From NCBI GenBank assembly GCA_045862955.1, contig BTVI01000020.1:1-64000 (forward strand): a stretch of DNA of 64,000 bases. Reading direction: 5' to 3'. Below are positions 11,988-21,538 of the stretch, one piece after another. Every line of letters begins with the position of its first letter. Position 1 is the stretch's first letter. Below the pieces are notes generated by a model. It saw only the letters and a program-made list of their open reading frames with translations, was not told the DNA's origin and made no database searches. This DNA comes from Fimbriimonadales bacterium (GTDB taxonomy: Bacteria > Armatimonadota > Fimbriimonadia > Fimbriimonadales > JABRVX01). The position numbers and the translations under genes were made by a program.

Positions 11988-12670
11988 CCTTGGAAGCGGT
12001 AGCCCACGCCCCGCACGGTTTCGATGAGATGGGCCTCAGTCCCTAGCTTCCGCCGAAGGGATACGATGTGCACGTCCACCGACCTATCGGTGACGGGGTA
12101 ATCGTGGCGGTGAACGGCGTTCACGATTTGGTCCCGCGTGAACACCCACCCACGCTTACGGGCCAGGTAGTGAAGGATGCGAAACTCGGTAGCTGTGAGG
12201 TCCAGCGCCTGACCGTTCAGCAGCACCTCGTGCCTACGCGGGTCAATCACTAATGCCCCGACCTCGATTTGGGCATCCTCGCCAACCTGCTCCCCAGAGG
12301 CGCGCCTCAGGACGGTTCGAACCCTAGCACTGAGCACGCGCGGGCTGAACGGCTTCGTAATGTAGTCGTCCGCCCCCAGCTCGAGGCCTACCACGATGTC
12401 GGGTTCTTCTCCACGAGCGGTCAGCATAATGATCGGTATGCTAGCGGTCCTGTGCTCCCGCTTCAACACACGGCAGACTTCCAACCCGTCCAAGCCTGGT
12501 AGCATCAGGTCCAGGACGATGAGGCTCGGGGGCTTCGCCTTCGCCGCCGAAACGGCAGCTTCCCCGGTCTCGACGCACCGGACGGAGTACCCCTCCCGCT
12601 CGAGGTTGTAGCGGACCATCTCGCGGATGTCTTCTTCGTCGTCAACCACTAGGATGCTCGCCTTAGCCAA
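11984..12670 (-). CDS. phoB: OmpR-family response regulator PhoB/PhoP
   Basis: Receiver domain (VVDDE, LDLMLP, GADDYITKPF) plus wHTH (ETVRGVGY); TTG start at 12670 after GGAGG. Confidence 0.88.
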   Translation of the reverse strand: MAKASILVVDDEEDIREMVRYNLEREGYSVRCVETGEAAVSAAKAKPPSLIVLDLMLPGLDGLEVCRVLKREHRTASIPIIMLTARGEEPDIVVGLELGADDYITKPFSPRVLSARVRTVLRRASGEQVGEDAQIEVGALVIDPRRHEVLLNGQALDLTATEFRILHYLARKRGWVFTRDQIVNAVHRHDYPVTDRSVDVHIVSLRRKLGTEAHLIETVRGVGYRFQG

Positions 12671-12767
12671 CGCGCAACCTCCGACGTTCTGGCGGGCCCG
12701 TCCTGCCCTGCAGCATTGGCCATAGCATACCTGCACAACCGAACCCCGGTCGGGCGCTAGATAGCAC

Positions 12768-12795
12768 GAGAGCCCTAGCAGTTGCTAGGGCTCTC
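12768..12795. terminator. Stem-loop GAGAGCCCTAGCA-GT-TGCTAGGGCTCTC downstream of PEP-CTERM gene
   Basis: Perfect 13-bp inverted repeat; no strong U tract. Confidence 0.5.
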
Positions 12796-12799
12796 GGTG

Positions 12800-12818
12800 A
12801 ATGTTAGGAGCCTGTTAG
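12800..12818 (-). promoter_or_regulatory. Candidate Pho box upstream of phoB (CTAACAGGCTCCTAACATT)
   Basis: Same 11-bp-spaced CTAAC repeat as upstream of pstS; overlaps the PEP-CTERM stop codon. Confidence 0.4.
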
Positions 12819-13936
12819 TGTTTGCGACGCCGTGTTACGGCAAGCAGTGCTCCCGCAACCAGACATGCCACAGTGCTCGGCTCGGGTACTACCGCGGTGG
12901 TGAGCAGACTCAAGGTTCCCTGCTCATCGCGGTATAGGAGGAAATACTCCTCGCCTTGCGATACCAGGAACGGGCGGATGCCTCGTACCTCTGCACCTTC
13001 GAACAGGACCGTTTCCACGGCCCCGTCCTTGGCAAACCGAAGGACGCCGCCATTCTGGAATGCTACGGCAACGCCGTTCTTGGCATCCACGGTAGCCTGA
13101 CCACCGGCACCGAGCGATTCGAACCCTGACCAGATGCCTCCGGTGCAGGTGCTGGCATACACGGTTCCGCTCGTGGCGAAGGCGAACCCGAGGCGGTCAT
13201 CCCCTGCCGAGATGGCTTGGCGGGAAAGCTCGGACCCTGCGTTCCAGCCGACCTCCATCCAGGTGTTGTTGCCGCCCGGGACGATGGCGCTGGGATATCT
13301 GGAGGACCAGGACGCCCTCCCGCCCCAGTTCGAGATCTCGAGGGAATACACGTAGCCGCTGCCCGGGAGCGCAGCGAGGGACATCTGGGAGAAGTAGTTG
13401 CCGTAGCCCGAATCGTACCAACCGTCGTGCAATACGGCGAGGTCGGACCAGCCGGATCCTGCATTCTGGACGAGAGCGATCTCGGTGTAGCCGTCTCCAT
13501 CGTAGTTGCCCTCGAGCATCAGGTGGAGCACGCCGCTGCCGTCCACGTCCAGCGAACCGTACGAGCCGGCTACAACGGGTGTGGCGGCCCAGGCATCGGC
13601 GCTAGACGCTACGTGGATGGTGCCGCCGTTCTGGAAGGCGACGTAGGCGGTGCCGTCGGGTCCAAGGGCGACCGAGGGGGTCGCGCCGGAGCCGAGGTCC
13701 ACTGTGGTCCAGGCTGCATCCCACGGTGTTCGGGTCGCGTAGTAGACGTGGCCCGCATGTTCGTAGGCCACGTGTGCACGAAGCGGGCTGATGGCTAGAT
13801 CATAGTTCTCAGAAGAAATGCCTGTGACATCAATCTTCGTCTGCCACACCAAGGCGTGGGAGGACAGACACACCCCTAGCGTCAGGGCCAACGAGGCTAG
13901 GCTGCGCAAAGCCATTGTGCGGTTCTGGTTCTGCAT
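12815..13936 (-). CDS. PEP-CTERM sorting-domain protein (beta-rich)
   Basis: Signal peptide; C-terminal VPEPS + TM + RRRKH; ATG at 13936 with AGAAAGGA RBS. Confidence 0.85.
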   Translation of the reverse strand: MQNQNRTMALRSLASLALTLGVCLSSHALVWQTKIDVTGISSENYDLAISPLRAHVAYEHAGHVYYATRTPWDAAWTTVDLGSGATPSVALGPDGTAYVAFQNGGTIHVASSADAWAATPVVAGSYGSLDVDGSGVLHLMLEGNYDGDGYTEIALVQNAGSGWSDLAVLHDGWYDSGYGNYFSQMSLAALPGSGYVYSLEISNWGGRASWSSRYPSAIVPGGNNTWMEVGWNAGSELSRQAISAGDDRLGFAFATSGTVYASTCTGGIWSGFESLGAGGQATVDAKNGVAVAFQNGGVLRFAKDGAVETVLFEGAEVRGIRPFLVSQGEEYFLLYRDEQGTLSLLTTAVVPEPSTVACLVAGALLAVTRRRKH

Positions 13937-14116
13937 GGCTTTCCTTTCTGTGCAGTCGAATTTGCCCTTGACTAGGCAACGCTTGTGCCAAACTGCACGA
14001 ACGTCGGCTCGAGCCACCCGGCATGCCCTCCTGTATCGCGCAGGACTGCGGTACTGAACCCCGAAACTCGACCTGGGACGAACGGACCGGAGAGAGAGGA
14101 ACGGAGGTCACATTCG

Positions 14117-14566
14117 ATGCTGAACCGATGGGTTTTACTGCTCCTGCTGAGCATGCTCCTCGCCGCGATCGCCGCCGGATGCGGAGGCAAAGCGGAGAGG
14201 ACGCTAGTGGGAAACTGGAGCTTCAGCGAGCACATCCTGGACCAGGATGCGATGTCCTCCATGGTGCTGCAAGAGGACGGGAAGATGATCCAGTACTTCC
14301 GAATCGAGTACCAGAATCAACCCGGCGCGTTGGAGATCCGCGGCAAGTGGGAGACCGACAAGGAGAAGCAGACCCTGACCATCACCAAGACCGAGGTGTA
14401 TTGGAACGGAATGCTCACCGAGATGCCGCAGCTTCTCGGAACGGAATCGGGACCATATCGCTGGGTGGAGGGCGGCATCGAGTGGACGCGAGAGGTCGGC
14501 GGCAAGAAGGTCACTACGAAACTGGCCGGCGCTGGCGGCGTGCCCACAGCGAAGCCCAAGGACTAA
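14117..14566 (+). CDS. Lipoprotein, lipocalin-like
   Basis: GGAGG RBS; lipobox AAGC; LVGNW motif. Confidence 0.7.
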   Translation: MLNRWVLLLLLSMLLAAIAAGCGGKAERTLVGNWSFSEHILDQDAMSSMVLQEDGKMIQYFRIEYQNQPGALEIRGKWETDKEKQTLTITKTEVYWNGMLTEMPQLLGTESGPYRWVEGGIEWTREVGGKKVTTKLAGAGGVPTAKPKD

Positions 14567-14582
14567 CGAACGGGAGGACCTG

Positions 14583-14990
14583 ATGAGCAACAGATGGCTT
14601 TTGGCGACCCTCGCGCTAGGGTGCATGCTCCTGGTAGCCGGGTGCAAGCCGAGCGTCGTGGGCAAGTGGAACGTTGACACGAGCATCCAAGGGGTCTCCG
14701 CAAAAGGTACCGTCGAGTTCAAGAAGGACAACTCGATGGCAGGTGAGCTCGTAGCCTCTGCAGGAGGACAGCAGGCCCCCATCTCGCTGAAGGGGACCTG
14801 GCGGATGGAGGAAAAGGATAAAAAGCAATACCTGACCGTCAAGTACACCGAAATCAAGGTTGCGGGCCAACCTATTCCTGTGAATGCGGTACCCGAGACG
14901 AAGAGCGAAGTCACCTTCGGCAAGAACTCCATGACGACGACCGCACTGGACGGATCCGGGGTGACTACCACCTACACGAAGGCCGAGTGA
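14583..14990 (+). CDS. Lipoprotein, lipocalin-like
   Basis: GGAGG RBS; lipobox VAGC; VVGKW and GTW motifs. Confidence 0.75.
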   Translation: MSNRWLLATLALGCMLLVAGCKPSVVGKWNVDTSIQGVSAKGTVEFKKDNSMAGELVASAGGQQAPISLKGTWRMEEKDKKQYLTVKYTEIKVAGQPIPVNAVPETKSEVTFGKNSMTTTALDGSGVTTTYTKAE

Positions 14991-15102
14991 GGACACGTCT
15001 TCGCCATGCGTAATGCCGGCGTCCCGCCGGACAGCCCCGTCGCGCCGGGCCGGTCTGCGCAGATGCGTTCAGGTCCCGACGGACTGCCTCGGGTCGGGGT
15101 CC

Positions 15103-15507
15103 GTGATCGTTCGTAACGCACGTCGCTTCGGTGCGCTCTCTGCCGCGGTCCTGTCGTTGCTGGGCTGCTCCGCGGGTGCTCCCCAGGGGATCTGGGAGAC
15201 GAAGGGGCCCAGCGCCGGCCCGCTCCAATACGTCCGCCTGCACTTGCGCGACGGCGGTAGCTTCTCGTGCGACGCCGTGTTCACCGAGGGCGGAACGCGC
15301 GAGGAGATCACCGGCACGTGGGCCCAGCACGCCCAGAAGGAAGGATTCGTCTTGGAACTCCGCGCCACGAACCCTCCCGCCCCCCGCCTCTTCGGTGGCC
15401 GAACGTCGGTCCTTACGGAAGCCCGCCGCGACGGCCGCCGGCTCATCCTCCCCCGCGGCTTCACCGGCGAAGCCACGCTGATCCTGAGCGAGGTGGAGGG
15501 CAAGTAG
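15103..15507 (+). CDS. Lipoprotein, lipocalin-like
   Basis: Lipobox LLGC; QGIW and GTW motifs; GTG start estimated. Confidence 0.6.
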   Translation: MIVRNARRFGALSAAVLSLLGCSAGAPQGIWETKGPSAGPLQYVRLHLRDGGSFSCDAVFTEGGTREEITGTWAQHAQKEGFVLELRATNPPAPRLFGGRTSVLTEARRDGRRLILPRGFTGEATLILSEVEGK

Positions 15508-15605
15508 GGTAACCGCGCTGCGCTTCGAACTGACTGCAGAGAGCGCACACCGTTAGCGCACCTCGTTCGGAGCGGGTCGACAGGGCCCGAAACGCGGATG
15601 TCTGG

Positions 15606-16499
15606 CCTCCCGCCTTCGCGGGAATGACCGTAGAAGCCCGTCCACTGAAAAGTGTCCATGCCCCGGCCCGCGTCCACCGGACTACCGGCCCATCAAGCAC
15701 CGCGAACCCAAGGACCGCGCCGGGGCCTGACCACGCCCCCGGGATTCGATCTGAGCTTCGTCATGCTGAGCCTGTCGAAGCATGACCTCGCCGAGCGCAC
15801 TCCATTCCCCGGCCCGCGTCCGCCGGACTCCACCGGCCTATCAACCACCGCGAACCCAAGGACCGCGCCGGGGCAGGGTCGGGGGTGGCTGCGGGGGGCA
15901 TGCTTCGACAGGCTCAGCATGACGGGCTTCCGATAGTACCATGCGGCAGGCGGGGGCATGCTTCGACAGGCTCAGCATGACGGTTGCGGGTGGGCTGCAG
16001 GTGCTCCATGCCCCGGCCCGCGTCCGCCGGCCTCCACCGGCTTACCAAGCACCACGAACCCAAGGACCGCGCCGGGGCAGGGTCGGGGGTGGCTGCGGGG
16101 GGCATGCTTCGACAAGCTCAGCATGACGGGCTTCCGATGGTACCATGCGGCAGGCGAGGCCATGCTTCGACAGGCTCAGCATGACGGGCTTCCGATGGTA
16201 CCATGCGGCAGGCGAGGCCATGCTTCGACAGGCTCAGCATGACGGTTGCGGGTGGGCTGCAGGTGCTCTATGCCCCGGCCCGCGTCCGCCGGACTCCACC
16301 GGCTTATCAAGCACCGCGAACCCAAGGACCGCGCCGGGGCCTGACCACGCCCCCAGGATTCCATCTGAGCTTCGTCATGCTGAGCCTGTCGAAGCATGAC
16401 GGTTGCGGGTGGGCTGCAGGTGCTCCATGCCCCGGCCCGCGTCCGCCGGACCCCACCGGCTTACCAAGCACCACGAACCCAAGGACCGCGCCGGGGCAG
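15606..16499. repeat. Composite REP-like cluster between convergent genes
   Basis: About 7 copies of GTCATGCTGAGCCTGTCGAAGCATG (both strands), about 5 copies of GCCCCGGCCCGCGTCC...CCCAAGGACCGCGCCGGGGC, one CCCGCCTTCGCGGGAATGAC. Confidence 0.9.
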
Positions 16500-16549
16500 A
16501 GAGACTGACTAGGTAGGGGTATCGCCGGGGGGCTTGGCTCGCATGGCCT

Positions 16550-16912
16550 CTACCCCTCGCGTTGGAACGGTGTTAGGTCGCGGAGGTAGCGGTTGTGCTC
16601 GTCCACCAGGATGATCTTCGGCGTGACCGGTTCGTCGGTCACCACGAAGCTCACGATGATCAGCTTATCGCCCACGGACACCTTGTACGCCGCGCCGCCG
16701 TTCAGGCCCACGCAGCCGGGTGCGCCCCGCATCGCGTAGGTGGTGAAGCGCTCGCCGTTCGTCACGTCCCACACGTGCACCAGCTCGCCGTCTATCATGC
16801 CGACGCGGTCCATCAGCTCGCCGTCAATCTCGATGCTACCGATGTAGTCGGGGTTAGCGTACGTTACGCGCGCGTGGTGGATTTTGCTTTTGAGCAGTTG
16901 AAGAAGGCGCAT
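16550..16912 (-). CDS. panD: Aspartate 1-decarboxylase
   Basis: KSKIHHARVT, YIGS (G-S autocleavage site), NGERFTTY, NGGAA. Confidence 0.92.
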   Translation of the reverse strand: MRLLQLLKSKIHHARVTYANPDYIGSIEIDGELMDRVGMIDGELVHVWDVTNGERFTTYAMRGAPGCVGLNGGAAYKVSVGDKLIIVSFVVTDEPVTPKIILVDEHNRYLRDLTPFQREG

Positions 16913-19403
16913 GCCCGTTTCCAGACGACCTACCGTTTCCGAGAAGCTCCTGCTTGCGGGACAGCGCGCGCGAATCCAGCACCCGGCGCCGCACCGAAAG
17001 CAAACTACCCAACGTCATGATACCCGTGCCCAGCCACACCAGGCTGGTCAGCGGCTTGTAATGGACCGTCACGGGCAGAAGCTCCTCGGCGGAGATCAGT
17101 TGGAAACCGATCGGCCCGTCCGCTCCTTGCACATTCGAGACCCTTGCCACCTCGCCGTTGCCCAGCGGAGCCAGCAGCTCCTCGACGCCGTTCTCGGTGA
17201 GGACGAAGCCGGGCGCTACCTCGATGGTTTGCCCCATGTGCTCCAGCCGGAAGCGCGTGGTTACGCGCGTGCCGGGCTTGTCGGTGGGACCGTCGGCCTC
17301 TAGCGGCGTGAGCCTCGTCACGGTGAGTTGACCGATGCTCTTTTTCTCGCCCGGCTCGAAGGAGATCACTTCGGTCTCCGGTCGCTGGGGCGGGTTGATG
17401 GCGACATAGATGTCGTTATCTACGCCACGCTTGATCCACGGTCGGGTCATGCGCTGCGGCTCTTCGCGGCCAGGCGACCATCGTTCCCAGTATTCGGGGT
17501 GAGCCGTGAACTCGCGCTCGCCTGCCTGGAAGTGCAGCGCGAGCTCCCGCATCTGCTTGGTCTCCGAGCTTCGTGGCAGCCAGCGGTCGTCTCCCCTGCG
17601 AACCCAGAACCCGAAGGCCTTTGCAGGCGTTGCGCCCTCGAGAACCACCTTCTCCTCCCGCTCGAACGCCATGGACACCACCATGCCCAGCAGCAAGACC
17701 GCGACCCCGATGTGCGCGATGAAGCCTCCCAACGTGACGCGGCTGCGCTTCACCAGCTCGGCAATGCGGTAGGCGTTTGCGGTGATTGCGAGGAAAGCGA
17801 GTGTGGCGAAGAGCAGGGGTACCAACGTGCGGATATTCAGCGCGAAGAACCCGGTGACCGCGAGGGCAACCGCGGCAACCCAGGGCACGGAAAAGCGGTT
17901 CAGGAAGCGGCCCCCGTCACCCTTGTGCCAATCCAAGAAGGGCACGATGGCAGCCAGCAACAGCATCACTGCGCCAGGCAGGGCGAGGGCGGACTCGTAA
18001 AAGCTCGGTTCGAGCGCCTCGGACTTTCCGGTGAGAAGAAACTTAATCCACGGCCAAGACGTGCCGACCAGCGTCAAGACGGCGATGAAGACAATGGCGG
18101 CAATGCCCGCATAGAGCCCTTGCCGGCGTCCCAGACGTGCACCGGTCGGGTCCGACGACTTGCGCGGGAGCCGCGTCGGGTCCTCGGGCTGGCGGAGGAA
18201 GGTAGCACGCACCAGCAGAGCAAGCATCAGCACGGTCCACACGCCGATGGGCCACTTCAGGTAAGCGGCGTAAGCGCCCGGCACCATCAGCGCCCACGCG
18301 AGGAGGACGACCCCGACCGCAACCAACGCAGCGTACCGGAGCGAGAACCTGCGCGCCTTCATCGGGTCGCGAATCGAACGCGCGGTATGAGACCAGGTGA
18401 ACAGAGCGACGAAGCCAACGATACAGGCTTCCACCATGCCGATCAGCACCCGCTTCGTCTCGTGCTCCAACCCGTCGAAGGAGTGAACGCTGACCTCGGC
18501 CAAGGTCCCGCTGCGGGTGAGAAACGTGCCGAACAGGAAAGCGAGAAACGGGAAGGTGCAAAGATAGAGACTCGCCCGCGCCATCTTGCCCGTCGTGTTC
18601 AGTACGTAGATCGCGTGAAGTGCGGCCACCGCTCCCAAGAACGGCACGAGCGACACGTTCTCGACGGGGTCCCATGCCCAGAAGCCGCCCCAGCCCAAAG
18701 TCTCGTATGCCCAGAAGCCGCCGAGGCACATCCCCAAGCCGGTCGTTGCCACCGAGAAGGCTGCCCACGGCCGTGCTGCCGCAGACCACGCCTTTCGGTC
18801 CCCCCGCACCATGGCAGCGACGGCGAAGCAGAACAGGATGGCAAGCGAGGAGAAGCCGAGGAACATGACGGGCGGATGGATGGCCATCCAATAGTTCTCG
18901 AGCGCCGGAACCAAACCGTTCCCGTCCGGGGGCACGAAGATCGCACCGGATGCGTCGCGCAGCCACTGGCCGGTCGTTTCGTCCAAGTGGTATGTGAAGG
19001 GCGGCTTGAAAGCGATGATGCCCGCCAACCCGGTAAGGACCAAACTGTAGGCAATCATGAAGGGCCGCTCAAGGTTGCCCAAGCGGGTCATTACAACCAA
19101 CCCGAGCGCGCCGGTCAGCGTCGCCCAGAGCAGGAAGCTGCCCTCCTGGCCCGCCCATGCACCCGACACCTTGAAGTACCAGGGAATGTTCCGTTCGCTG
19201 AACTGCCAAACGTACTCGAATTCGTAGCGGCCGGCAAGCAGAAGATAGACGAGGTAGCCCTCGACGGCGAACAGCAGTACGCAGGCGAGGCGGAATACCC
19301 TGCGGGCAAAGGCGAGGTACTTCTCACCCAGCACGTAACCCAGCGAAGCCAAGGCAAAAGCCGCGAGTGTTAGCCCGACCCCCCACTTGCCGATCAGCAT
19401 CAC
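16854..19403 (-). CDS. ccmF: Cytochrome c heme lyase CcmF
   Basis: WAGQEGS, IHPP, WGGFWAWDPVEN, TRSG...SVHSF. Confidence 0.92.
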   Translation of the reverse strand: MMLIGKWGVGLTLAAFALASLGYVLGEKYLAFARRVFRLACVLLFAVEGYLVYLLLAGRYEFEYVWQFSERNIPWYFKVSGAWAGQEGSFLLWATLTGALGLVVMTRLGNLERPFMIAYSLVLTGLAGIIAFKPPFTYHLDETTGQWLRDASGAIFVPPDGNGLVPALENYWMAIHPPVMFLGFSSLAILFCFAVAAMVRGDRKAWSAAARPWAAFSVATTGLGMCLGGFWAYETLGWGGFWAWDPVENVSLVPFLGAVAALHAIYVLNTTGKMARASLYLCTFPFLAFLFGTFLTRSGTLAEVSVHSFDGLEHETKRVLIGMVEACIVGFVALFTWSHTARSIRDPMKARRFSLRYAALVAVGVVLLAWALMVPGAYAAYLKWPIGVWTVLMLALLVRATFLRQPEDPTRLPRKSSDPTGARLGRRQGLYAGIAAIVFIAVLTLVGTSWPWIKFLLTGKSEALEPSFYESALALPGAVMLLLAAIVPFLDWHKGDGGRFLNRFSVPWVAAVALAVTGFFALNIRTLVPLLFATLAFLAITANAYRIAELVKRSRVTLGGFIAHIGVAVLLLGMVVSMAFEREEKVVLEGATPAKAFGFWVRRGDDRWLPRSSETKQMRELALHFQAGEREFTAHPEYWERWSPGREEPQRMTRPWIKRGVDNDIYVAINPPQRPETEVISFEPGEKKSIGQLTVTRLTPLEADGPTDKPGTRVTTRFRLEHMGQTIEVAPGFVLTENGVEELLAPLGNGEVARVSNVQGADGPIGFQLISAEELLPVTVHYKPLTSLVWLGTGIMTLGSLLSVRRRVLDSRALSRKQELLGNGRSSGNGHAPSSTAQKQNPPRARNVR

Positions 19404-19458
19404 GAGCCTCCGCGTTGCTCAGCGTCGTCCGGCCTGCCGTGCACAAGCCACATCGCGA

Positions 19459-19845
19459 CTACGTGCCCGATGTCTCGACCTTTCCCTCGTACTTCGACGG
19501 GCACTTCAGCAGAATCTTGTCGCAGCGCATCTCCCCGTTCTCGACGGCTCCTTGTACCACGACCCTGGGCGCGGACTCCATGTTCTCTGGCTTGAAGCCG
19601 TGGTACACGACGGGAAGCCGCTCACCGGTCGCCGCGTCCTTCACGACGAACCGCAGCTCCTTGCGGTCGAGGTCATTTACGATGCTCTCCGGAACGAGCT
19701 CGGCCGCAACGTGCACCTTACGCCCGGCCGCCGACTTGGCCTCAGAGATCGTCACGTAGGGCGACGAACTCTGCATGAACGAATACACCGCCACTGCGAT
19801 CCCCGCAGCAACGAGCAGAACCGTAATGATGGGACCCGTTTTCAT
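19459..19845 (-). CDS. ccmE: Heme chaperone CcmE (CxxxY variant)
   Basis: N-terminal TM; C-terminal LLKCPSKY. Confidence 0.88.
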   Translation of the reverse strand: MKTGPIITVLLVAAGIAVAVYSFMQSSSPYVTISEAKSAAGRKVHVAAELVPESIVNDLDRKELRFVVKDAATGERLPVVYHGFKPENMESAPRVVVQGAVENGEMRCDKILLKCPSKYEGKVETSGT

Positions 19846-19864
19846 CTTACTTGCTCACACCTAC

Positions 19865-20055
19865 TCCACACTCACCACGCACGGCGTCGCACGAGTTGCA
19901 CTGCATTCGAGCAACATCCGCATGCCCACGCTTCTGCAAGGTCTTCCCTCAGCCTGAGCCGCAAGACCCGCACGGTCACGCCTCGAGCCCCATCGTGCTG
20001 CGTCGTTCGAGGGCATCCGATTCGTCGGGCTTAGCGTGCGCGGCTCCTCTGGGCT
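19865..20055 (-). ncRNA. Candidate 6S-like rod-shaped RNA
   Basis: About 190 nt with end-to-end pairing (GCCGCGCACG/CGTGCGTGGT; TCGAACGACG/TGTTGCTCGA; TGCGGGTCTT/AAGACCTTGCA; apical CTCAG/CTGAG) and a loosely paired centre. Folded by eye. Confidence 0.4.
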
Positions 20056-20210
20056 CATCCCTCGAGCCGGCTCGAATCCATTGTACCGCTAAGTAACCGC
20101 CTCGTCTCCTTCTCGACTAGGCTGACGCGCCTCTCCACCCAGAACAGGTATCCCATCAGCGCCGACCAAACGATGAGTGGCGGGAGCATGACCGCCAGTC
20201 TCCAGTCCAT
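20055..20210 (-). CDS. ccmD: CcmD-like small membrane protein (51 aa, absent from ORF track)
   Basis: MDWRLAVMLPPLIVWSALMGYLFWVERRVSLVEKETRRLLSGTMDSSRLEG: single TM then charged tail; GGAG RBS; lies between ccmC and ccmE. Confidence 0.7.
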   Translation of the reverse strand: MDWRLAVMLPPLIVWSALMGYLFWVERRVSLVEKETRRLLSGTMDSSRLEG

Positions 20211-20853
20211 ATGCACTCTCCAATCTCGACATCAGCTCGCCCGCCCGCACCCGTAGGCGCATGATGAGCAAACCGATCGTTATGTACCCAGCGAACGAAG
20301 ACCAAAGTACCGTCCGATAGATGGGGTCGAGCCCTGCCGAGCTGACCAGCGTGTTCTCCGGATGCAGCGAAGCCCAGTACCGGGGAGCAACGAAGATGAG
20401 GAACGGCACGGTCACGATGGCGAAAAGCGCGTAGCCTGCAGCCAGGCTCGCCCGACGCCTCGCGTCCTGCACCGAAGCGCGAAGGGCGAAGTACGCCGCA
20501 TAGATGAGCAGCTGCGCGACGATACTCGTCTCGCGAGGATCCCAGTGCCAGGCGCTACCCCACTGAATTAGGGCGAAGATCGAGCCGGTGATCGTGGCCA
20601 GTACGCACATCAGGGTGCCCATTTCGATGGCCGCCAGGGACTTGACGTCGTCCATCTCCTGCTTGCGTCGCAGAAACCGCCACGCATAGAAAGCCCCGAC
20701 CACGAAGAACACCACGCACGAGATGGCGGCGGGAACGTGGAAGAAGATGATCCGCGCCGCATCTTCCACCTGAAACTGCCGAGCGGGAGGCGCCAGGTAG
20801 GCAGCAATGATCACCCCTACCATGAACAGCCACAAGATAATCCTCAGAACCAA
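20089..20853 (-). CDS. ccmC: Heme exporter CcmC
   Basis: IIFFHVPAA, WGSAWHWDPRETS, SLHP. Confidence 0.9.
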   Translation of the reverse strand: MVLRIILWLFMVGVIIAAYLAPPARQFQVEDAARIIFFHVPAAISCVVFFVVGAFYAWRFLRRKQEMDDVKSLAAIEMGTLMCVLATITGSIFALIQWGSAWHWDPRETSIVAQLLIYAAYFALRASVQDARRRASLAAGYALFAIVTVPFLIFVAPRYWASLHPENTLVSSAGLDPIYRTVLWSSFAGYITIGLLIMRLRVRAGELMSRLESAYGLETGGHAPATHRLVGADGIPVLGGEARQPSREGDEAVT

Positions 20854-20854
20854 G

Positions 20855-21538
20855 TCACTCTCTCCAAATCGCTTCGAACAGGCGGAACCCCGCTGCCCCG
20901 ATGGCCAGCCCCCATCCGGCCATTCCCAACACCGCGCGCCATCCGAGCGCCGCGTCTGCCGCTCCCAACGATGCCTTGGTGGTCATCACCGCCATTCCTA
21001 TCAACGGGACGAGGACCGGCAAAGACAGCACGGCAACCAGCGATCCCCTGCTGTCCGCTCTTGCCACCAGTGCTCCGCTGATTGTCACGCAGATCGCCAA
21101 TCCGATGCTGCCGACCGCGAGCCCCGACAGAAGCAGCGGCCAGTGCACCACGTGCATCTGAAGCAGCAGTACGCCCAAAGGTACCAAGACGGCTTCCGTC
21201 ACGCCCAGGAGCAGACAGTGAAAAAGCATCTTACCCGCCAGCACTGCCTGAGGCCGCCCGGCAAGACGCAGCAGGTCCGCCGTTCCCATCTCCTCTTCCA
21301 CGACGAGGCCTCTCGCGAGGGCGGTCACGGCCGAGAAGATGAGCGCGACCCAAAAGACCCCCGCCTGCCCTTCGGGGCTTAGGCCGGTGTTCGCGGTCGC
21401 TAGGCCGAGAGTGACCACCGTGAGTACCGCGAAGAGCACCGCCGCATAGACGCCGTGCCGCGTGCGCCACTCGACGGCGACGTCCTTCCCTGCCACGGCG
21501 AGCGCTTCAGCAACCAAGCTCAAGCCGCCTGTCCCCAT
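20855..21538 (-). CDS. ccmB: Heme exporter CcmB
   Basis: KDVAVEWR, EEEMGT, LSLPVLVPL; six-TM pattern; operon context. Confidence 0.85.
   Translation of the reverse strand: MGTGGLSLVAEALAVAGKDVAVEWRTRHGVYAAVLFAVLTVVTLGLATANTGLSPEGQAGVFWVALIFSAVTALARGLVVEEEMGTADLLRLAGRPQAVLAGKMLFHCLLLGVTEAVLVPLGVLLLQMHVVHWPLLLSGLAVGSIGLAICVTISGALVARADSRGSLVAVLSLPVLVPLIGMAVMTTKASLGAADAALGWRAVLGMAGWGLAIGAAGFRLFEAIWRE

Noticed and set aside
17328..19373. 681-aa plus-strand ORF
   Set aside because: Antisense shadow of ccmF, typical of high-GC codon bias; no motifs.
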